Shown here: one piece after another, positions 13,562 through 17,907 of the stretch
Position numbering within the stretch: the stretch's first letter is position 1
Layout of the letters: every line of letters starts with the position of its first letter
Assembly: GCA_038230375.1 (NCBI GenBank)
Contig: JBBRNJ010000124.1
Location: 1-17,907, forward strand
Direction: 5' to 3'
DNA length: 17,907 bases
Origin: Polyangiales bacterium
Lineage (GTDB): Bacteria; Myxococcota_A; Polyangia; Polyangiales; Polyangiaceae
Notes under the pieces: model-generated
Database searches by the model: none
What the model saw: the letters and a program-made list of their open reading frames with translations, nothing else
Told to the model about the DNA's origin: nothing
Program-made: the position numbers and the translations under genes

Positions 13562-15646
13562 ATGCGACATTCTATTCGCGCACTGGTGTTCGGGTCCGTC
13601 GTGGCCGCAGCCGCGATCGCCGCTGCATGCGGCAGCTCCAGCGACAGCACGTTCGGCGAGGGCGCTGGCGACGGCGGCGACGAGTCAACAGGGCCGCAGC
13701 CGTGCGTCACAGGGTTCGGCGGTGGCTGCAGCGACGGCGGCGGGAATGGCGAGGGCGGCATCCTCAACGTCACAGCGCTCGTGTTCGATCCTCCGACCGC
13801 GACGCTCACGCTGGACGGCATCAACCCCGGGCTCGCGAAGTACACGCTGAAGGCCACGTTCCCGAACGGCACGATGGGCATCGTCACCGCGCAGTCGCTG
13901 CAGTTCGACCGGCCCGATGTCGCCACGCTGGTCCCCGGCTCGCCCGTGGGCCTGAACGCCGCCGGGCTGTTCGCAGGTACGGGTACTCTGCACGGAGTTT
14001 ACGGAGGTCGTGAGGCCACGGCCACGCTCACCGTACTGGTCCACGCGAAGAGCGTGATGAGCGGCGTGGACCCCGCCGCGGTGATCGGCCTTGATGCCGC
14101 AGGCCTTGGCGCCGACCCCAAGGTCACGTCGCTCCTTTATCCGTATGACCTCACCGTGTTCCCGCTCGGCCTCGCGTCGCCGCTCCTCATGTGGACCGCG
14201 CCCAACACGACCGACACCTACAAGATCCACGTCGAGGAGAAGAACTACACGTTCGACACGTACGCGGTGCCCGCGAAATCCGGCCAGCTGCGCATGGACC
14301 AGACCATGTGGGATCGCGTCACCGCCTCCAACACCGGCGATCCGCTGAAGGTCACGCTGTCACGCTGGGACTCCGCAACGAAGGCCGCGTTTGCTTCGGC
14401 GGCGGAGTCGTGGACCGTGGCCCCCGCCAGCCTGCGCGGCGCCATCTACTACTGGACCACCAGCACCGGCGGTCACATGTCGCGCATTCGCCCCGGCACC
14501 GGCGCGCTCCCCGAGCAGCTGAACGGCGGCAAATGCATGGGCTGTCACGCCGTCAGCGCGGACGGAACCACGCTCGTCGCAGCCGTCGAGGGCGAAGGCT
14601 CCACCGACAATGGCGATCAACGTGGCTGGGTCTCGTACGACCTCCCCGACGCGTCCATTCGCAAGGAGCCGCACCTCTTCGGCGGCAACGTCGCAGTCAA
14701 TCCGAACGGCAAATACACGGTGTTCGGCACCACGCCGCTCCGCATCGCGGACACCGTCACCGGTGTCGAGAACCAGGACGCGGGTCTTGCGATCGCGCTC
14801 GACCCGGGCATGAACACCCTCGCGCATCCTGCGTTCTCGCCGGATGGAAAGAAGTTCGCCGCGGTCCAGTCCAACAACAACTGGTACACGTGGCAGGCCA
14901 GCAAGCTGATGGTGTTCGCGTTCGACGAGAAGTCACAGACCTTCTCTGGCGCAGCGCCGCTCGCAGCCAGCGCGGACTTCACCGCGGGGCAGCAGGCCAT
15001 CGCATATCCGAGCTTCTCGCCGGACTCCGCGTTCCTCGCGTTCCACGTGGGCGATCACGCGAGCGGCTGCAGCACGTCGTGCGACAACAACGAGACCGGC
15101 ATCTCCGCCATCTACTTGCAGCCGAGCGGGGGCGGCGCGTCCGTGCGTCTCGCAAAGCTCACGGACTCCCCGCCGAACGTCGCGGACAGGAACCTCTCGT
15201 TCGAGCCCACGTTCAACCCGATCGAGCGTGGCGGCTACTTCTGGGTCGTCTTCACCAGCATGCGCGACTGGGGCAACGAGATCACCGGCACCGCGAACAA
15301 CGGCAAGAAGCGCCTGTGGGTCGCCGCCATCGACAAGGCCTCCGGCGCGATCGACCCCAGCCACCCGGCCTTCTACCTGGAGGGCCAGGAGGAGACCACG
15401 ACCAACATGCGCGGCTTCTGGGCGCTCGCCGCGTGCACGCAGACACCGAAGGCGGGCGCGGGCGGCGGGACCTGCGCCGCGGGCTTCGAGTGCTGCTCGG
15501 GCTTCTGCGACAAGGGCTCGTGCGTGGACACGGGCACGCTCGCGTGCGCCGGGCTCGGCGGCAGCTGCAAGGTCGCCGCGGACTGCTGCAACAGCGACAT
15601 CGTCGTGTGCACGAACGGGATGTGCAAGGCCAACGGCCCCAAGTAG
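13562..15646 (+). CDS. Large lipoprotein with Ig-like and TolB/PD40-like beta-propeller regions, CxxCH motif and Cys-rich C-terminus
   Basis: Lipobox IAAAC, PD40-like repeats HPAFSPDGKK, YPSFSPDS, EPTFNP, YFWVVFTSMR, CMGCH, and two C-x5-CC tail units. ATG 13562 lies 6 nt after TGCTATCAT (13559 is an alternative). Confidence 0.85.
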   Translation: MRHSIRALVFGSVVAAAAIAAACGSSSDSTFGEGAGDGGDESTGPQPCVTGFGGGCSDGGGNGEGGILNVTALVFDPPTATLTLDGINPGLAKYTLKATFPNGTMGIVTAQSLQFDRPDVATLVPGSPVGLNAAGLFAGTGTLHGVYGGREATATLTVLVHAKSVMSGVDPAAVIGLDAAGLGADPKVTSLLYPYDLTVFPLGLASPLLMWTAPNTTDTYKIHVEEKNYTFDTYAVPAKSGQLRMDQTMWDRVTASNTGDPLKVTLSRWDSATKAAFASAAESWTVAPASLRGAIYYWTTSTGGHMSRIRPGTGALPEQLNGGKCMGCHAVSADGTTLVAAVEGEGSTDNGDQRGWVSYDLPDASIRKEPHLFGGNVAVNPNGKYTVFGTTPLRIADTVTGVENQDAGLAIALDPGMNTLAHPAFSPDGKKFAAVQSNNNWYTWQASKLMVFAFDEKSQTFSGAAPLAASADFTAGQQAIAYPSFSPDSAFLAFHVGDHASGCSTSCDNNETGISAIYLQPSGGGASVRLAKLTDSPPNVADRNLSFEPTFNPIERGGYFWVVFTSMRDWGNEITGTANNGKKRLWVAAIDKASGAIDPSHPAFYLEGQEETTTNMRGFWALAACTQTPKAGAGGGTCAAGFECCSGFCDKGSCVDTGTLACAGLGGSCKVAADCCNSDIVVCTNGMCKANGPK

Positions 15647-15657
15647 CCGCGAACGTC

Positions 15658-16353
15658 GTGGACTACGCGACGGTCTATCGCGAACACGCGGAGGAGTACG
15701 ACGCGCTCGTCTCCGCCGAGGACTGCGACGGCAACCTGGTCCCGCAGCTCGCGGCGGTCGCCATGATCGATCGCGCGACGATCGTGGACGTGGGCACTGG
15801 CACGGGTCGCGTGGCGCGTGCTTTGCTGCCTCGCGCGCGGTTCGTCATAGGTGTGGAGCCATCGCCCGCCATGCTTGCCGTCGCGCGCGCCCGGCTCCAG
15901 GATGCGGCGCCGGGCAGATTCGAGCTTCACGAGGCCAGCGCGGAGAGCTTGCCCATCGCCGACGGCGTGGCGGATCTCGCGGTCGCCGGTTGGGTCTTCG
16001 GTCATCTCCGACACTGGATGCCCGATGACTGGCGCACGTCGATCGCGCGCGCTCTCACCGAGATGTCGCGCGTGACCGTGCCTGGCGGGGCGCTCGTCGT
16101 CATCGAGACGCTCGGCACGGGGCGCACGGAGCCGTCACCGCCGAACGCAGCGCTCGCCGAGTACTACACGTGGCTCGAGGAGGAGCGTGGGTTCGCCCGC
16201 GCAGTGATCCGCACGGACTACCTCTTTCCGGACGTGAAGACCGCTGCCAAGGTGTGCGGGTTCTTCTTCGGCGAGGAGAAGGCGCAGGCGATCACGCGCA
16301 GCGGGTCGCCCCGCGTGCCGGAGTGCACCGGCGTGTGGTCGCGCGGCCGCTGA
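15658..16353 (+). CDS. Class I SAM-dependent methyltransferase
   Basis: Motif I VDVGTGTG, motif II VIGVEPSPAML, ASAESLPIADGVADL, PGGALVVIE. GTG start 11 nt after the upstream stop. The ORF-track extension to 14191 is spurious. Confidence 0.9.
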   Translation: MDYATVYREHAEEYDALVSAEDCDGNLVPQLAAVAMIDRATIVDVGTGTGRVARALLPRARFVIGVEPSPAMLAVARARLQDAAPGRFELHEASAESLPIADGVADLAVAGWVFGHLRHWMPDDWRTSIARALTEMSRVTVPGGALVVIETLGTGRTEPSPPNAALAEYYTWLEEERGFARAVIRTDYLFPDVKTAAKVCGFFFGEEKAQAITRSGSPRVPECTGVWSRGR

Positions 16354-16355
16354 GC

Positions 16356-16404
16356 AACTGGTCTATTCAAATTGTGCAATCTGGGACTTTTGAAGGTACC
16401 AGTT
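16356..16404. promoter_or_regulatory. Operator-like repeat array (MocR/GabR-type architecture)
   Basis: AACTGGTCTATTCAAA and TTTGAAGGTACCAGTT form an inverted repeat (13/16). A direct-repeat ATCTGG lies 23 nt after the first AACTGG. The segment is AT-rich within GC-rich DNA. Confidence 0.6.
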
Positions 16405-16423
16405 TCGAGGCATGCTCCGGCCC

Positions 16424-17062
16424 ATGCAGCAGCTCGAGGTTCCCACGCTGGTTGGTCGTCATGTGAGGCTCGAGCCGCTGGAGCATACGCATGGGGATGC
16501 GCTCCTCGCTGCTGCGAACGAGTCGCGAACCACCTACGGGTGGACCCCGGTCCCCAGCACGAAGGCGGCGATGGACGCGTACATCGACACGGCGTTCACG
16601 CAGCAGTACGGACGCGCGATTCCGTTCGTCGTGCGGGACGCGGAGGGCGTCATCGTCGGGACGACCCGCTACATGTTCATCGAGGAGTGGCGCTGGTCAA
16701 CCGCGCCGGCGGCGCCCCTGCCGAACGGCCCCGACGCCCTGGAGATCGGCGCCACGTGGTACGCAGAGCGCGTGCAGCGGACGCCCGTCAACACGGAGGC
16801 GAAGCTGCTCCTCTGCACGCACGCGTTCGAGCAATGGCGCGTGCGCCGCGTGACGTGGAAGACGGATGAGCGCAACGCGCGGTCCCGCGCCGCCATCGAG
16901 CGCCTTGGCGCGAAGCTCGACGGGGTGCTGCGCGCGCATTGGCCAGGCGCAGACGGCAAGGTGCGCAACACCGCGTTCTATTCGATGCTCGCCGACGAAT
17001 GGCCCGCCGCGCGCCGCATGCTGGAAGCCAAGCTCGCGCCCGCTGTCACGCCTAGTTCGTGA
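16424..17062 (+). CDS. GNAT family N-acetyltransferase (RimJ/RimL type)
   Basis: LVGRHVRLEPL, VGTTRY, LEIGATW, QRTPVNTEAKLLLCTHAFE, KTDERNARSRAAIERLGAKLDGVLR, RNTAFYSML. Start 16424 or 16412. Confidence 0.92.
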   Translation: MQQLEVPTLVGRHVRLEPLEHTHGDALLAAANESRTTYGWTPVPSTKAAMDAYIDTAFTQQYGRAIPFVVRDAEGVIVGTTRYMFIEEWRWSTAPAAPLPNGPDALEIGATWYAERVQRTPVNTEAKLLLCTHAFEQWRVRRVTWKTDERNARSRAAIERLGAKLDGVLRAHWPGADGKVRNTAFYSMLADEWPAARRMLEAKLAPAVTPSS

Positions 17063-17726
17063 CGAACGTGCACTTCACGGAGCCGAGCGTCATGCGCTGC
17101 GTTGCGTCCAGCGTGATGTCCATGAAGTCGCCGAACTGCCTTGCGGGCTGGAAGTTCGTGTCGAAGACAACCTTTGGGTACTGGTCCCACGGCATCGCGT
17201 CCTCCGGCACGTTCGTGAGGATCATCGTCCCATCCTTGGCGCCGGGCGACGTCTCCTTGCTTCCGGTGTTGGGGCCGTCGGGCAGGAGGCACACGGTGAG
17301 ATCGTAGGGGTAGGGGGTGGTCTGGTGCAGCGTGGCCATGAACATGCCGGACCGCGAGCTCGACTGCGCGAACGTCATGGTGAAGTCGGTCGCACCGAAG
17401 CCGCCGTCGGTGAACTGCTCGTTCGTGGCCGTGCACATACCGGAGCTGATGAGCGTGGGGTTCACGCCGCCCAGATCGCTCGCGGCGTCTTGATTTCCGT
17501 AGACCGAGTAGTGCGTGGGGCACTGCGCGTTCGGAGGACCGGCGTCGATCCCGGAGAGACTTCCGTCGGCGTTGCTCCCGACCACGCTTCCGTCCGCGTT
17601 GACGGCCCCGGGTCCGCCGTCCTCGCCGCCTTGATCCGGCCCGTTGCCGGACGACTCCGATTTGATCAAGCCGCAGCCTGCCGAAGCAGCAGCGATCACG
17701 AGCCCGAGGACTGCCGACCTGTTCAT
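17052..17726 (-). CDS. Hypothetical lipoprotein
   Basis: MNRSAVLGLVIAAASAGC lipobox, Gly/Asp-rich linker with NADGS twice, and a beta-rich domain with 4 Cys. Start 17726 or 17738. Confidence 0.75.
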   Translation of the reverse strand: MNRSAVLGLVIAAASAGCGLIKSESSGNGPDQGGEDGGPGAVNADGSVVGSNADGSLSGIDAGPPNAQCPTHYSVYGNQDAASDLGGVNPTLISSGMCTATNEQFTDGGFGATDFTMTFAQSSSRSGMFMATLHQTTPYPYDLTVCLLPDGPNTGSKETSPGAKDGTMILTNVPEDAMPWDQYPKVVFDTNFQPARQFGDFMDITLDATQRMTLGSVKCTFVTN

Positions 17727-17793
17727 TGTCGCGCTCATGGTAGCACCCAGTCGCCGTCGAGCTCTGCGCGCATCGACCCAGCTTCGCTGCTGG

Positions 17794-17907
17794 TCAGCCG
17801 CCGTCGACGCTCCCATCGGTGCCGGAGTCGCTCGATCCGCCTGCGTCAGGAGGCGGGTCGCACTTGCCCTTGGTGCAGGTGGAGGGACACACCACTCCGC
17901 AGCCACC
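17794..17907 (-). CDS. 3' end of a Cys-rich secreted-type protein entering from the right edge
   Basis: Manual translation ...GGCGVVCPSTCTKGKCDPPPDAGGSSDSGTDGSVDGG*, a typical myxobacterial Cys-rich repeat plus DAG tail. Confidence 0.65.
   Translation of the reverse strand, partial: GGCGVVCPSTCTKGKCDPPPDAGGSSDSGTDGSVDGG

Noticed and set aside
13562..15646. Assigning the gene symbol tolB (likewise tupA or rimI elsewhere)
   Set aside because: Only fold-level similarity. There is no tol-pal or tupBC context and key motifs differ, so no symbols were given.
14191..15657. Apparent 490-aa N-terminal extension of the methyltransferase
   Set aside because: Lies off-frame within the TolB-like gene and has low-complexity Arg-rich composition. 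The methyltransferase begins at GTG 15658.

Overview
GC-rich bacterial DNA with about 20 tightly packed genes. Eukaryotic-like Ser/Thr kinase, DAG-rich linker lipoproteins and Cys-rich tails suggest a myxobacterium (Polyangiaceae-like; inference). In order: Ser/Thr kinase, an uncalled 48-aa DUF3309-like membrane peptide, His-tailed EamA/DMT transporter, GNAT, CX5R phosphatase coupled to an orphan TupA-like Tat lipoprotein, HTH-WYL regulator, two small predicted DNA-binding proteins, YggT-like protein, secreted helical protein, MarR, a protein with a Tudor-like tail, four lipoproteins (beta-propeller, extensin-like/LAS peptidase, CE2 esterase, TolB-like with CxxCH), SAM methyltransferase, a second GNAT and another lipoprotein. 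No rRNA, tRNA, CRISPR array or transposase was seen. The strongest unexplained structure is non-coding. Four genes carry a sigma54-like GG-N10-GC box exactly 13 nt before the ATG, and eight carry a (TGC)TAnnnT -10 box 6-10 nt before the start codon, which points to widespread leaderless transcription from two sigma classes. Also notable: a MocR-type operator with no adjacent regulator, a nested inverted repeat upstream of MarR, and a WYL/HTH/winged-helix trio that may be a nucleic-acid-sensing module.
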